A stretch of 64,000 nucleotides of DNA from a candidate division WWE3 bacterium (GCA_014729135.1 WJKK01000001.1:730919-794918); one strand, 5' to 3'. Counted from the stretch's first letter, positions 36,972 through 48,367 are shown. Program-made: numbers and translations. Notes: generated by a model from the letters alone, not told the origin.

Positions 36972-39560
36972 ATGACAGATAATAAAGAAACAGAAAAAAA
37001 CATAGAGTCAAAAGAAGCCGGGGCCGGAAGCGGGAACGAGAATGAAACAGAAAACCCACGCATCATAAAAGCCAGCATCTCAGAAGAAATGAAAAAAGGC
37101 TTCCTAGACTACGCCATGAGCGTCATCGTCTCCCGCGCATTACCCGACGTTCGCGACGGTCTAAAACCCGTACATCGACGAATCATCTACGCCATGCAAG
37201 ACCAAAACATCACCGCTGACGGCAAATTCCAAAAGAGTGCCGCCGTAGTTGGAGAAGTCATGAAAAAGTACCATCCACATGGAGACACCGCCATTTACGA
37301 CTCCCTTGTAAGAATGGCCCAAGACTTCTCACTAAGATACCCTCTTGTAATCCCTCAAGGTAACTTTGGAAGCATTGACGGGGATCCTCCTGCTGCTATG
37401 CGATACACCGAATGTAAAATGGACAAAATTGCAGAAGACCTCTATGCCGACATCGACAAGGACACAGTTCCCTTTGTCATAAACGACTTGCAAAACGAAG
37501 AGCCCGAATTTTTACCTTCAAGACTTCCAAACATGTTACTAAACGGAGCCTCCGGAATCGCCGTTGGAATGGCCACAAACATCCCTCCCCATAACCTGGG
37601 AGAAGTTATTGACGGCTTACTCCACTTAATAGAAAACGCCGACGAAATAGGAGAAGCTCCCGCAAAAGACGCTGAAAAACAAATTTCAAAAACAGACTTT
37701 TCATCAACAGCTACAGTAGAAGACTTGATGGAATTTATAAAAGGACCCGACTTCCCAACGGGAGGAATAATTTATGACCGAAAAGAGATTATTAAGATGT
37801 ACGCCACAGGTAAAGGGCGCGTTGTAACCAGATCTAAAGTAAATATAGAACCTTTAGACCATGGAAAGGCTCAGATTGTAATCACAGAAATTCCTTATCA
37901 GGTTAACAAGGCCCGCCTTCTAGAAAAAATTGCAGAAAACGCCAAAAAAGACAAGATTCAAGGAATTACGGACTTGCGCGATGAATCCGATTTATCAGGA
38001 ATTCGCGTTGTAGTAGAAACCAAGCGCGGAGCCATTCCCAAAAAAGTTGAAAATCAGCTCTACAAGTACACTCCTTTACAAGACACGTTTAATACTAATA
38101 TGGTGGCGCTTCTTAACGGGGAGCCTAAACTTTTAACCTTGAAGACGGTTTTAGAGGAGTTTATTAAGCACCGTCAGATTATTGTTGTTAACCGCACTAT
38201 TTACCTTTTGAAGAGGGCAAAAGCACGAGAGCACATTTTGCGAGGTTTAAAAATTGCACTTGATAATCTGGACGCTGTTATTAAGCTGATTAGAGAAAGT
38301 CCTGATGTAGCTGCTGCTAAAGAAGGTCTTATGAAAAACTTTGATTTGTCTGATATCCAAGCGCAAGCAATTTTGGACATGCAGTTACGACGTTTGGCTG
38401 CTTTAGAACGGCAAAAAATTGAGGACGAGCTAGAGGAGATTTTGGCTACAATTGACGATTACGAAGATCTTTTGGCATCACCTCCACGAATTATCGACAC
38501 CGTTAAAAAAGAACTGATAGAGGTTAAGGAAAACTATGGCGATGAGCGTAGAACTAAGGTTATGAAAGGTAAGGCAGGTGAAATTTCTACGGAGGATATG
38601 GTGGCAAATGAGGATTGCATTATTACAATTTCGGAAGAAGGCTATGTGAAGCGCATGAAAAAGACGGCGTATCGTCGACAGGGGAGGGGAGGTAAGGGCG
38701 TTAAGGGCTCTGAGCTGAAAGATACGGATTCTATGGAAACTATTAGAGCTTGCCAAACACATGATTGGGCTTTGTTCTTTACTAATAAAGGCAAGGTTTA
38801 TAAGATGCGAATTTGGGAAATTCCTGAAACTAGTCGAACTTCTAAGGGTACAGCTTTGGTTAACTTTTTGGGGATTTCACAAGGTGAAGAAGTGCAGTCA
38901 TTTTTGACTATTGAACCGGAGGTAATGGACGGGGGAGAGGGTTACATTTTGTTTGCTACCGAAGAAGGCAAGGTTAAAAAAACAGAGTTAAAGGAGTATG
39001 AGAATATCCGTAGTTCAGGGATTATTGCGGTGGGCTTAACAGAAGGGGATTCGTTAGTGCGAGCTCAAATGACTTCAGGGACAGATCATGTTTTGTTGGC
39101 TACGGCTAAAGGGCAATCTATTCGCTTTGCTGAGGAGGAAGCCCGTCCTATGGGCAGAACTGCTAAGGGTGTAAATGGAATTAAGTTGAAGAAGAAGGAT
39201 GATAGTGTTGTGAGCATGATGGTGGTTCCGGAAGGCTCTGATGATTATGATTTGGTGGTGGTTTCTGAGAAGGGTTATGGTAAGAAGACTCCTTTGAGTG
39301 AGTATAGGGCGCAAAGTAGGGGAGGGTCAGGGTTGATTACGTATAATGTGGCGAGTAAAACGGGGGATTTGGTGGCTGCTCGTTTGGAGCCGGTGGAAAA
39401 GGAGGATAAACCAAGGGATGTTTTGTTGGCAACGGAGATGGGGAAGGTTATTAGAATCCCGGAGAAGCAGATTCCGGTGCTGTCGCGCAGTACTTTAGGG
39501 GTGCGCCTGATTAAGCTTGGTTCTAAAGATAGTGTGAGTTCTGTAGCGTTTTTAGACTAA
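36972..39560 (+). CDS. gyrA: DNA gyrase subunit A
   Basis: 'AAMRYTE' active-site tyrosine motif, 'GKYHPHGD', and C-terminal beta-pinwheel repeats. Confidence 0.9.
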   Translation: MTDNKETEKNIESKEAGAGSGNENETENPRIIKASISEEMKKGFLDYAMSVIVSRALPDVRDGLKPVHRRIIYAMQDQNITADGKFQKSAAVVGEVMKKYHPHGDTAIYDSLVRMAQDFSLRYPLVIPQGNFGSIDGDPPAAMRYTECKMDKIAEDLYADIDKDTVPFVINDLQNEEPEFLPSRLPNMLLNGASGIAVGMATNIPPHNLGEVIDGLLHLIENADEIGEAPAKDAEKQISKTDFSSTATVEDLMEFIKGPDFPTGGIIYDRKEIIKMYATGKGRVVTRSKVNIEPLDHGKAQIVITEIPYQVNKARLLEKIAENAKKDKIQGITDLRDESDLSGIRVVVETKRGAIPKKVENQLYKYTPLQDTFNTNMVALLNGEPKLLTLKTVLEEFIKHRQIIVVNRTIYLLKRAKAREHILRGLKIALDNLDAVIKLIRESPDVAAAKEGLMKNFDLSDIQAQAILDMQLRRLAALERQKIEDELEEILATIDDYEDLLASPPRIIDTVKKELIEVKENYGDERRTKVMKGKAGEISTEDMVANEDCIITISEEGYVKRMKKTAYRRQGRGGKGVKGSELKDTDSMETIRACQTHDWALFFTNKGKVYKMRIWEIPETSRTSKGTALVNFLGISQGEEVQSFLTIEPEVMDGGEGYILFATEEGKVKKTELKEYENIRSSGIIAVGLTEGDSLVRAQMTSGTDHVLLATAKGQSIRFAEEEARPMGRTAKGVNGIKLKKKDDSVVSMMVVPEGSDDYDLVVVSEKGYGKKTPLSEYRAQSRGGSGLITYNVASKTGDLVAARLEPVEKEDKPRDVLLATEMGKVIRIPEKQIPVLSRSTLGVRLIKLGSKDSVSSVAFLD

Positions 39561-39626
39561 TCAAATTGAAGCTTTTTAAAAGAATTTCTCCCGACAAAAT
39601 TTCTTCAGTAGTATAGTTAATTATAT

Positions 39627-40406
39627 ATGTCGAATCTTTTATCGTACGAAAAGGAATTGTGGAGTAGGGGGGTTGATTTAGTTGCGGGAGTTGATGAAGC
39701 GGGAAGGGGTCCGCTGGCAGGCCCTATGGTAGTGGCCGCGGTTGCTTTAAATAAAGCACACCTTGAAGGATTATCCTTGTGGTTAGAGAGGTTAGAAACT
39801 GTAACAAAAGCAAATTCAGACGAAAAGTCAAGGATTATCCTTAATCCCAGAAATTACGACGTCTTATCGGAAGAAAAACTAAAAAACTACTCCTTAATTA
39901 ACGACTCAAAAAAATTAACCGAAAAAAGACGAGAACTCCTTTATGACTTCATTAAAAAAGAGGCAATTTCCTATTCCATAATTGAAATTTCACATACCCA
40001 TATAGACACAAAGGGGATTTCAAGCGGAGTGCGGCTTGGTTTTAATAGTGCGGTAAAAGCTCTGGAAAAGCCGCTTAAAAAACTTAACAAAAAGTTAGGT
40101 CATGTTTTAACGGATCACGTAAAGATAGGGAAGATGGCCGACAATTTTCAGACAAATATTACAAAAGGGGATAGTAAAAGCATTAACATAGCAGCAGCTT
40201 CTATTTTGGCAAAGGTTTATCGGGACCGCTTGATGAAGGATTTGAGCTTAAAATTTCCGGAGTATGGTTTTGAAAGACATAAAGGTTATGGCACTAAAGC
40301 TCATAGAGAAGCTATTTTCAAGTTTGGACCTTGTGAAATTCACCGAAAATCCTTTGAACCGGTGAAATCCTTTTTCAAAGCCAGCCAATTCGAAAAAACG
40401 GGCTAA
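39627..40406 (+). CDS. rnhB: Ribonuclease HII
   Basis: 'VAGVDEAGRGPLAGPMVVAAV' RNase HII motif. Confidence 0.8.
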   Translation: MSNLLSYEKELWSRGVDLVAGVDEAGRGPLAGPMVVAAVALNKAHLEGLSLWLERLETVTKANSDEKSRIILNPRNYDVLSEEKLKNYSLINDSKKLTEKRRELLYDFIKKEAISYSIIEISHTHIDTKGISSGVRLGFNSAVKALEKPLKKLNKKLGHVLTDHVKIGKMADNFQTNITKGDSKSINIAAASILAKVYRDRLMKDLSLKFPEYGFERHKGYGTKAHREAIFKFGPCEIHRKSFEPVKSFFKASQFEKTG

Positions 40407-40462
40407 ATGCAAGGGACAGCAAATCTCACCAAAACAAAACCACATGATAGAATTCATAGGTC

Positions 40463-41635
40463 ATGCCAAAAATCAAGAAACCAAAAAAAACAAATCAAAA
40501 CGCAAGCCACAGAAACAACAAGCACCGAGAAGGAAGTTCTAACCAAAGCAAACAACAAAACCATTATCCACCACGAACGGCACAATTCCCTCTAGCACTC
40601 TCTTTTGACGACGTTCTTCTAAAACCACAGTACTCAAAAATTAAGTCAAGATCAGAAATTAATTTGGAAACACAACTCTCCCCATACTTAAAACTCGAAA
40701 TCCCTCTAATGACAACCAATATGGACACAGTCACCGGGGTGGAAATGGCTGTAAAAATCTCTGAATTGGGTGGTTTGGGCCTTTTGCCGCGGTTCTGCGC
40801 CCCTGAAAAACAGGCAGATCAGGTAGCGGAGGTGATAAAAAAGAAACAAATAGCAGCAGCGTCCGTGGGAATTAAAAAAGGGTTTTTGGAACGAGCAGAG
40901 ATGCTTGTAAATGCTGGAGCCACAATCATTAATGTAGATGTAGCCCATGGCCATTTAGAGGGAGCTATAGAGGCCACAAGAAAAATCCGAAATAAATTCG
41001 GTAAAAGAATTACGATAATATCGGGCATCACGGCTACCGCAGAAGCAGCCGAAGCTCACTACGAGGCAGGCGCTGATTGTATCAGTGTGGGTGTAGGATC
41101 AGGCAGCATCTGCACAACACGTATTATGACAGGCTGCGGAATTCCTGAATTTTCCTCTCTTATGGATGTTGCGCGTGCTGCAAAAAAACACAACAAAACT
41201 TTTATTTCCATAGCAGGGGTAAACAACTCAGGAGACGTAGTTAAAACCCTAGCAACAGGAGCTGCAGCGGTTTGTGCAGGATATATGTTTGCGGGAACAG
41301 ATGAAGCCCCTCCAGAAATCGTTGAAATTAAAGGCAAGAAGTATAAAGAATATAGCGGCTCTACAGCTAAAAAAGAGAAGGTTAAACAGGTGGGAAAGTA
41401 TGGCGCAAATAAAGGAGCAAATTACACTAAACATGTGGAAGGTGTGGAGGGCTTGGTAGAGTATCGGGGGGCCGTTGCCGACGTTGTGGAAGAAGTCTTA
41501 GCAGGAGTTAAATCGGGCATCAGCTATTGTGGAGCTGAGAATATCACAGAGTTGCAAGAAAGAGCGGAGTTTATTCGTGTTACCGCAGGAGGTTTTCGGG
41601 AAAGTGGCGCCCATGATGTTTTCGTAATGGGGTAG
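40463..41635 (+). CDS. IMP dehydrogenase / GMP reductase family protein (no CBS pair)
   Basis: 'ALSFDDVLLKP' and 'GVGSGSICTTR' catalytic Cys loop; TIM barrel. About 40-aa basic N-terminal extension. Confidence 0.65.
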   Translation: MPKIKKPKKTNQNASHRNNKHREGSSNQSKQQNHYPPRTAQFPLALSFDDVLLKPQYSKIKSRSEINLETQLSPYLKLEIPLMTTNMDTVTGVEMAVKISELGGLGLLPRFCAPEKQADQVAEVIKKKQIAAASVGIKKGFLERAEMLVNAGATIINVDVAHGHLEGAIEATRKIRNKFGKRITIISGITATAEAAEAHYEAGADCISVGVGSGSICTTRIMTGCGIPEFSSLMDVARAAKKHNKTFISIAGVNNSGDVVKTLATGAAAVCAGYMFAGTDEAPPEIVEIKGKKYKEYSGSTAKKEKVKQVGKYGANKGANYTKHVEGVEGLVEYRGAVADVVEEVLAGVKSGISYCGAENITELQERAEFIRVTAGGFRESGAHDVFVMG

Positions 41636-41664
41636 TGCAAATTTGTATGAATAAATAAAAAAGC

Positions 41665-42645
41665 CTACTCGACATCAGGCAGTACATCCTTATGGAAACG
41701 CTTATGCGTCTCCTTAAGGCGCTGATTTGTAACATGCGTATAAATCTGGGTCGTCGAAACATCCGAATGACCCAAAAGCTCCTGCACAGAACGCAAATCA
41801 GCTCCCTCCTGTAAAAGCCCCGTAGCAAAAGTGTGACGCAACGTGTGGGGAGTAACATCAACCGCCAAACCAGCCCTACGCCCATACTTCTTAATCATCC
41901 GCTGAACACTGCGAGCACTCAAGCGCAAAGACTCTCCATCGGGATCCTCATCCTCCATACTCTTACCGGAATAACGCAAAAACAAAGGCACAAACTCATC
42001 CCGACGGGTTGACAAATAACGACGTATCCACTGGCGGGCGGAAGGACTCAAATAAACAGTACGAGCCTTGCGTCCTTTACCTATAACCGTAAATTCACCT
42101 GTCTCCAAATTAATGTCATCCACATTTAAACCAACAAGCTCACTAACACGCAAACCCGTACTAAAAAGCGTTTCCAAAATTGCACGGTCACGAATACCTG
42201 AACGCTTGTTTAAATCCTGGGCAGAAAAGAGGCGTTCGAGCTGATCCTCATTTAAAACCTTAGGAACTCTGTCGCCACTTTTACCTAGATTGATTTGATC
42301 AGGAGAAATCACACTTAAATCACGTTCCACAATTAGATATTTCAAAAAAGCGCGAATTGCAACCATAAAAGTTTTTTGCGTCGACTGCTTATAACCGTCA
42401 TCTGAACGGGAATTTTTTCGACGATTTAAAAAGACACGATATTTACGAAGATTTTCCATTTGCAGATCCGCCGGATAAATCTTTTCTTTTTTTAGGTAAT
42501 CTTTAAGCCAGCCAAAAAAATCATTTAGGTAAAAATCATACATGCGAACAGTGCTTTGGGCCAGATTTTTTTCAATCTCGCAATATTCAAGATAATCAAT
42601 TAAAAGTGCGTCTAGTGAGTTTTTTCCTAAGGATGTGATACTCAT
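41665..42645 (-). CDS. Tyrosine site-specific recombinase XerC/XerD-type
   Basis: 'HTLRHTFATGLLQEGADLRSVQELLGHSDVSTTQIYTHV' is the R...HxxR...Y catalytic signature. Confidence 0.8.
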   Translation of the reverse strand: MSITSLGKNSLDALLIDYLEYCEIEKNLAQSTVRMYDFYLNDFFGWLKDYLKKEKIYPADLQMENLRKYRVFLNRRKNSRSDDGYKQSTQKTFMVAIRAFLKYLIVERDLSVISPDQINLGKSGDRVPKVLNEDQLERLFSAQDLNKRSGIRDRAILETLFSTGLRVSELVGLNVDDINLETGEFTVIGKGRKARTVYLSPSARQWIRRYLSTRRDEFVPLFLRYSGKSMEDEDPDGESLRLSARSVQRMIKKYGRRAGLAVDVTPHTLRHTFATGLLQEGADLRSVQELLGHSDVSTTQIYTHVTNQRLKETHKRFHKDVLPDVE

Positions 42646-43451
42646 GGTGTGTTTAAAAAGTTGCTTAGAATCGATTCTAGAGCCTCCATTTTTGGCAGGT
42701 TTTTGGAAAGTTTAGTTGTATTAAGTTGGAGACCTAAAACCGTCAAGGATGTACTTTGCATACTAAATTTATAACGTAAAATGCGACATTAATCAAAGTT
42801 TCAGTACAAGGTAACTAAATCCAAAAGGAGCATCTCCAGGGAAAAACCGCAGGAAACAAGGAGGAATCAACTAGAAAAGAAAACTAATTAAAGGCAAAAG
42901 GGAAGGGATAAAAATCAAATAAATTATTTTTAAATTTTTTAGAAGTAATTACATGGAAATTTATGGGAGATAAAGCCACACCATACACAAAGATAGGGAA
43001 GTGGCAAATTGGTAAATCTTGACAGAAATAGGACGTCGTATAATGTATGTTTAACGACATTGAGTATGTTAAAGATATGACAGAGGCAGATAAAGAGGAA
43101 AAAGGATACATTTACGGTAATGGAGAAGGATACTAATTAAAACCGCACTTAATTAAAATAATTTATCACTTTTTAGATTTAATAATTGTTAATTAAATGC
43201 TTTTTTCCTTTAATTACACCGCAAATAAATGCCTTAAATTATTCGGAAATTTAGAAGTTATCCACAGAAGGAGTGATTTGCAGTAATTACCAAAGTATGA
43301 CAACCCTACGTTCGCCAAAGTATGACAAACCCCCTACCCTACTCTAACCCGAAACCTAGCAACTCAAACTATAGGGTGATAATAAACTATAGGACTATAG
43401 GCCAACCTCACCACTACCACTTCCCTACTTTGCCCTGTTAATAAAGGAGTA

Positions 43452-44270
43452 CTAAGGCCTGAAAGCTAAAAGAATCAATAATAAAATAAGAAAAATTAAT
43501 CCATAATGATACATCAGATTGCTATTTATCTTGTTTTTCATATGCCCATCCAAATAGTTAACGCCAAAGAGCACTACCGATGCGCTAAATAATCCACGCA
43601 AAAAGGCCTCCGTAGGAAAAAAGGAGACCGTCAAGTGAGTACTTACTACTATAAAGGCCAAAAAAGCACAATTGACTAAAACATCTATCCAATTTACTCT
43701 TCTTGCCCTATCATCAAAGCTAATACTCCAAAAAAAGTAAACTCCAAACATAAAAGCAAATACTCCCGCCAGACCACTTTGCAACAAAGGACTAACATCC
43801 AGTTTATACACACCAGCAAACAACGGAATGGCTATAACAACAATTAAAATCTGACTCCATGTTACTGCAGCTCTATATAAAGGAATAGTGTCCTCCTTCT
43901 CACGTACCACTAAGAAAATGTTATTTACGAGATTAACCAGGTATAAAAGGACCCCTACTACTCCTAAACCGGAGAGCTTAAAAGCTAAACTAAAATTGGG
44001 AAAGTGAAAAAGTGTAAAAAATGCCCCTAAAACAAGCAAAACAGGGAGCAACACAACTAAAAAGCCTCTATAGTCAGTAATAGAGGTATATTGAGTAACA
44101 ATTGCCCCTACTACCGTAAATCCCGTAAGAAAGAGAAAAGGTTGCATAGCCACCTGCCGATAGCCAATGGATGTTTCTACCCAGAACAAAAGTAAAACAA
44201 CACCTAATGAGTATAAAATGTACCTGAATTTCTTAGAACTAAGATTTTGTAAGATTGTCATAAACGTCAA
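43452..44270 (-). CDS. Polytopic membrane protein, hypothetical
   Basis: 272 aa, about 8 TM helices. Confidence 0.5.
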   Translation of the reverse strand: MTFMTILQNLSSKKFRYILYSLGVVLLLFWVETSIGYRQVAMQPFLFLTGFTVVGAIVTQYTSITDYRGFLVVLLPVLLVLGAFFTLFHFPNFSLAFKLSGLGVVGVLLYLVNLVNNIFLVVREKEDTIPLYRAAVTWSQILIVVIAIPLFAGVYKLDVSPLLQSGLAGVFAFMFGVYFFWSISFDDRARRVNWIDVLVNCAFLAFIVVSTHLTVSFFPTEAFLRGLFSASVVLFGVNYLDGHMKNKINSNLMYHYGLIFLILLLILLAFRP

Positions 44271-44775
44271 CTACATCATCATGATCATCTAATTCATTAA
44301 TAAGCCCCTCTACCCCATTATACTCTCCTTTTTCTAAAGGCACCTCAAAACCGGGCTCCATATTATCGCCAAAAATATAACTTGCAGATCCTTTTGTACC
44401 CAAAGATCCACCTGCCTTTTCTAAAATATTTCTAATTTCAGCCACTGTCCTGTTCCTATTGTCTGTAACCGTATGGATCACCAAAGCAACCCCATAGGGC
44501 GCATAACCCTCATATACCACGCGCTCCAAAGCAGCAGCACCTTTCAACTCACCGGTTCCCTTCTTAATAGCCTTCTCAATATTATCCTTAGGCATATTAG
44601 CTTCCTTGGCCTTATCAATAAGCATAGTAAGCGAAGGATTCATTTCAGGATCTCCCCCGCCTTCACGAGCAGCAACCGTAATCTTTTTAGAAAGCTTGGA
44701 GAAAACCTTACCTTTTCTGGCGTCAACAACAGCCTTTTGATGCCTTATTTTAGACCACTTATTATGTCCACTCAT
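44239..44775 (-). CDS. YebC/PmpR-family probable transcriptional regulator (short form)
   Basis: '[49 protein letters not shown]' is the conserved YebC N-terminus. Confidence 0.65.
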   Translation of the reverse strand: MSGHNKWSKIRHQKAVVDARKGKVFSKLSKKITVAAREGGGDPEMNPSLTMLIDKAKEANMPKDNIEKAIKKGTGELKGAAALERVVYEGYAPYGVALVIHTVTDNRNRTVAEIRNILEKAGGSLGTKGSASYIFGDNMEPGFEVPLEKGEYNGVEGLINELDDHDDVVDVYDNLTKS

Positions 44776-44892
44776 GGGATGATTTTAGCATACAAACAGG
44801 CCGTTTCCTTTAGCGCCTCCACTATGGAAAGCAACGTTTTTTCAACGTTTTTTAGTTGACAAGACTCCCCTATTTGGTAAGGTTGTTTTTGT

Positions 44893-45156
44893 ATGAGTTT
44901 AGGTTTAGAAGAAACCGCAATAAAACTTGCACTTCAAAAGGAATGGGACAAGGCAATTGCCCTAAATAAAAAGGTTCTCCAAAATAATTCAAAAAATAAA
45001 AAGGCTCTTTTAAGGTTGGGTAAGGCGTATATGCAAAAAGAGGAGTATCTTGAGGCCAAAAGGGCTTTTAAGAAGGTGCTTGAGATTGACTCTATAAATA
45101 AGATTGCGCTTAAAAACCTTAAGAAAATAGACCAAAGGTCCCCCGCAAGAGTCTAA
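44893..45156 (+). CDS. Small TPR-repeat protein
   Basis: 'ALLRLGKAYMQKEEYLEAKRAFKKVLEID' is a TPR-like helix pair. Confidence 0.45.
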   Translation: MSLGLEETAIKLALQKEWDKAIALNKKVLQNNSKNKKALLRLGKAYMQKEEYLEAKRAFKKVLEIDSINKIALKNLKKIDQRSPARV

Positions 45157-45170
45157 TTACTCGCAAGCTA

Positions 45171-45272
45171 GAGTAAGTACCCCCTTTTTCTCTCACGTTT
45201 CGCGTGACTTTCCTTTTTTAATAGAAAAGTAAGTCCCGCTGCAAAAGTTCTTTCAAAAGGGGGTACTTACTC
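45171..45272. repeat. 18-bp perfect inverted repeat pair between convergent genes
   Basis: gagtaagtaccccctttt (45171-45188) / aaaagggggtacttactc (45255-45272). A second IR, aagatatctctctttt (45289-45304) / aaaagagagatatctt (45341-45356), follows. The spacer has a small hairpin plus a T-run. Confidence 0.6.
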
Positions 45273-45358
45273 TGAGGATACGGCAAGAAAGATATCTCTC
45301 TTTTGAGTGACATTTCGGAGCAAAGCGACGTCGTGGAACGAAAAAGAGAGATATCTTC

Positions 45359-48187
45359 CTAAGAGGCCTCAGAGTCATCCCCAATTCGCGCATCCACCTC
45401 CGGGTTCAACCCCTTCATAGAAAGCTTAATCTTCCCCGTATCCTCAGAAACCTCCAAAACCTTAACCTTAACCTTCTCACCTGCTTCAGCCAGCCCATCA
45501 ATATCCTTAACATACTTCTCAGAAATCTCGCTAATGTGAACCAAACCGGTAACTCCCTTCTTGATCTCCACAAAAAGGCCAAAACCTGCCACATCAGCAA
45601 TAGTTCCCTCATAAACAGCATCTGCCTCAATGTTGGAAATATCCTGCTCTAAAACCTCCTCCTCTTCCGGAGAAAGATCCACAACATCGCCTGCCTTACG
45701 ACGCTCAGAAATAGCCCTACCCAAATCAAACTCAGTTTCCGTCCAATTGTTAATCTCCCGCGTTACCTCCTCCACGGAAACGCCAAACTTCTCCCGACTT
45801 CGCTGCAAGATACTCTCCTTATTTCCCGACTTAGGCACTAAATTATCCTTCCAAGGAAGCAAAATCTTTGCAGAAAAAGGCATAGATGTCATACCATTAA
45901 TCATCAGCTTTATATAAATGTGGAAGCGCTCCATGGAAATAAGGTCATTCTCATCAAAAAACGGCGCAAACTCCTTGGACATTGCAAAGGCGTCAGGAGC
46001 TCCCAGAGCAAACGAAGCAATAGTCCCAACGTTACCTAAAACCGCCTGTAGAAGCTCCTCAGGAAGCTGAGCGGTATACTGGTGCGTCAGATGCAAAGCC
46101 AGTTTATACTTTCGCGACTCTGACAAAATCGACTCAAAACTTCCTGTAGCAAAGTTTTGAAACTCGTCAACATACAAATAAAAAGGTCGACGCTCATCCG
46201 GAGGGAGCTTAGCCCTCTGCAAAGCCATAAACTGAATCCTGGAAACCAGCAAAGCACCCAACAAATTAGCATTATCCGCTCCAATCTTACCCTTAGAAAG
46301 ATTCATGAGCAAAATCTTGCCCTCATTCATAATGTTCCAAAAATTAATTGTAGACTTTTGCTGCCCCAAAATATTTCTAATAGTTGAGGACGCCAAGAAC
46401 CTATTAACCTTGTTCTGAATTGGCGCTATTGCCTCTGTTACAAGCTTGTTATTCCCCTTCATGTTTTTATACTCGGTGTTCCAAAACTTCATAACAACGG
46501 GATCGTCCACATAATGGAGAATGTATTTCAGGTAATTTGGATCTTCCAACAAACGAGTAATTCCCAGCATTGTTGTATCCGGAGCCGAAAGCAAAGTCAA
46601 AATAGAGTAATTGAGTAAATATTCTAATCGGGGTCCCCAAGAGTAATCAAAATGCTGTTTAATAGCTGCTACTAAAGCAGAAGCCATCAGGTTTTTTTGC
46701 GAAGGATCATCAAGTTCCATTAGGTTTATGCCCACAGGATTTTCCAAATCCGACGGATCCACGTAAATAACGTCCTCAATACGGTCATCCGGAATTCTTT
46801 CCAAAACTGTATCAATTGTTTCCCCATGTGGATCCAAAACGCCTACGCCATAGCCCTTAGCAATATCCTGTGTCACCATATTTACAAACATAGTCGATTT
46901 ACCTGTACCGGACTTCCCTATTAGGTACATATGGCGTAACCGATCGTTACCGTCTTTAATTCCAAAGCGCATTTTTTTGTCGCGGTAAATTGTTTCGGCA
47001 ATATAGGTACAATCTTTTGTGGGCAATTCCGCAGGGGGCTCACCTTTTTTAGAGTAAACCCAGGAGGACATGTTAGGAGTGGCTATAACGGAGGAGGGTA
47101 AATGGAAAACTGCAGCAAGCTCTTCTATGTTTAGAATAAAAGCCTCGTTGGGATTAAAGCAGCGATCCCGAAAGCCTTGCAGAATTGAGGCTTTGTCGGC
47201 AGTTTTAGCAGCAGTAAAGCTGTTAGTTGTAGTTGTATAGAATTGCTTTAGGGAGGCTATTAGGGAGCGCATGTTACTTTGAGCAAGTCCCGGATCCGCT
47301 GCTGCAGAGGCCAAACGAACCTGAACAAAATAACCGAGTTTTGAGAGCTTGTTTTCTACAGCCTGGATCTCTAGTTCTTGTGTGGGTGATAAACGAACAG
47401 GCTCATCCCCTCCTCCGGTGGAACGCGCCCTAGCTTGAGATTCTTCGGCACTTCGAAAAAAGCCCGTTAAAAGCTCTACAATAATTTCGCCAACTTCAGA
47501 GACAATAGCAAAAAAGATAGATTTAATTTCATCACCAAACTGCTTTTTCTCGTAAGCTACTCCATCACGAATGGCCTCTACATAAGCAATTCCCTCATCC
47601 TGCCAAACATCCGGAGCAGGACGCACAAGTATTTGCATTCCCAGAAAGTCTTCAGGACCCACGTTTGACATAACAGAGGTAATTCCTGAAAGGGGGTCTA
47701 CTTCTAAGTCGCGAAAAGACTTTAAGGGGAAGAAAAATTCGCGGGAGAGTTTTAGCTGCGTGGTTTCATAATGCGTGTGAGTTAAAAGGCGGTCGGTGTA
47801 ATCGTCTACTATTTTGATTTGGGCGGAGGCATATTGGGCGTAAACCTGACTTTCAACAAATTTGGATATGCGCTTGGGAACAACCAAGTAAAAGCGAATG
47901 CCGTCCTCTCCTTGGGAGATTATTTCCAGTGAAAAGTATTCCTGGTCGTCGGATTCTTCTTTTAGTAGTCCGTGAAGGGCAGCAAACATGCTTTCGGCTG
48001 CTAACGAGGATGCCTGTATGTCTTGACGGGATTCGTCTATGCGAGGAACGCGAACCTCTAAGACGTTAACTTCGCCGGAAAGTAGACACTCCTCTCCCCC
48101 GCCGGATTTTCGCAGTTTTCGCGCTATAAAAATAGATATCACTCCAAGGCCAAATGCTAAAGGGCCTAGAATGCCATATGTTGACAT
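45359..48187 (-). CDS. Membrane-anchored P-loop NTPase (TraD/VirD4/HerA-like, AAA_10/DUF87-type) with C-terminal S1 RNA-binding domain
   Basis: N-terminal TM. 'LIGKSGTGKST' Walker A. 'LYVDEFQNFAT' Walker B. C-terminal 'GTIADVAGFGLFVEIKKGVTGLVHISEISEKYVKDI...KVKVKVLEV...GKIKLSMK' is an S1 fold. Confidence 0.45.
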   Translation of the reverse strand: MSTYGILGPLAFGLGVISIFIARKLRKSGGGEECLLSGEVNVLEVRVPRIDESRQDIQASSLAAESMFAALHGLLKEESDDQEYFSLEIISQGEDGIRFYLVVPKRISKFVESQVYAQYASAQIKIVDDYTDRLLTHTHYETTQLKLSREFFFPLKSFRDLEVDPLSGITSVMSNVGPEDFLGMQILVRPAPDVWQDEGIAYVEAIRDGVAYEKKQFGDEIKSIFFAIVSEVGEIIVELLTGFFRSAEESQARARSTGGGDEPVRLSPTQELEIQAVENKLSKLGYFVQVRLASAAADPGLAQSNMRSLIASLKQFYTTTTNSFTAAKTADKASILQGFRDRCFNPNEAFILNIEELAAVFHLPSSVIATPNMSSWVYSKKGEPPAELPTKDCTYIAETIYRDKKMRFGIKDGNDRLRHMYLIGKSGTGKSTMFVNMVTQDIAKGYGVGVLDPHGETIDTVLERIPDDRIEDVIYVDPSDLENPVGINLMELDDPSQKNLMASALVAAIKQHFDYSWGPRLEYLLNYSILTLLSAPDTTMLGITRLLEDPNYLKYILHYVDDPVVMKFWNTEYKNMKGNNKLVTEAIAPIQNKVNRFLASSTIRNILGQQKSTINFWNIMNEGKILLMNLSKGKIGADNANLLGALLVSRIQFMALQRAKLPPDERRPFYLYVDEFQNFATGSFESILSESRKYKLALHLTHQYTAQLPEELLQAVLGNVGTIASFALGAPDAFAMSKEFAPFFDENDLISMERFHIYIKLMINGMTSMPFSAKILLPWKDNLVPKSGNKESILQRSREKFGVSVEEVTREINNWTETEFDLGRAISERRKAGDVVDLSPEEEEVLEQDISNIEADAVYEGTIADVAGFGLFVEIKKGVTGLVHISEISEKYVKDIDGLAEAGEKVKVKVLEVSEDTGKIKLSMKGLNPEVDARIGDDSEAS

Positions 48188-48367
48188 AGGTTTAGTTTGG
48201 ATGGAGATGGGGTCTTTGTTTTTTGTTGCCGTAACAGCAGGTTCTCAGTATATCTGCCTTAACGCTTTTAACTTGGCACAAAAGTAGCGCTTAGTACTAG
48301 CAGATGTTCCTATTGTCGGTTAGTTTTGAAAGTCTGTCAAGTGCAATAATGGACTTAAGGGATTGGC

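Noticed and set aside
43019-43044. TTGACA / TATAAT promoter on plus strand in the 800-bp spacer
   Set aside because: The spacer is only 14 nt and nothing obvious lies downstream on that strand. Kept as a note within the spacer finding, not called as a feature.
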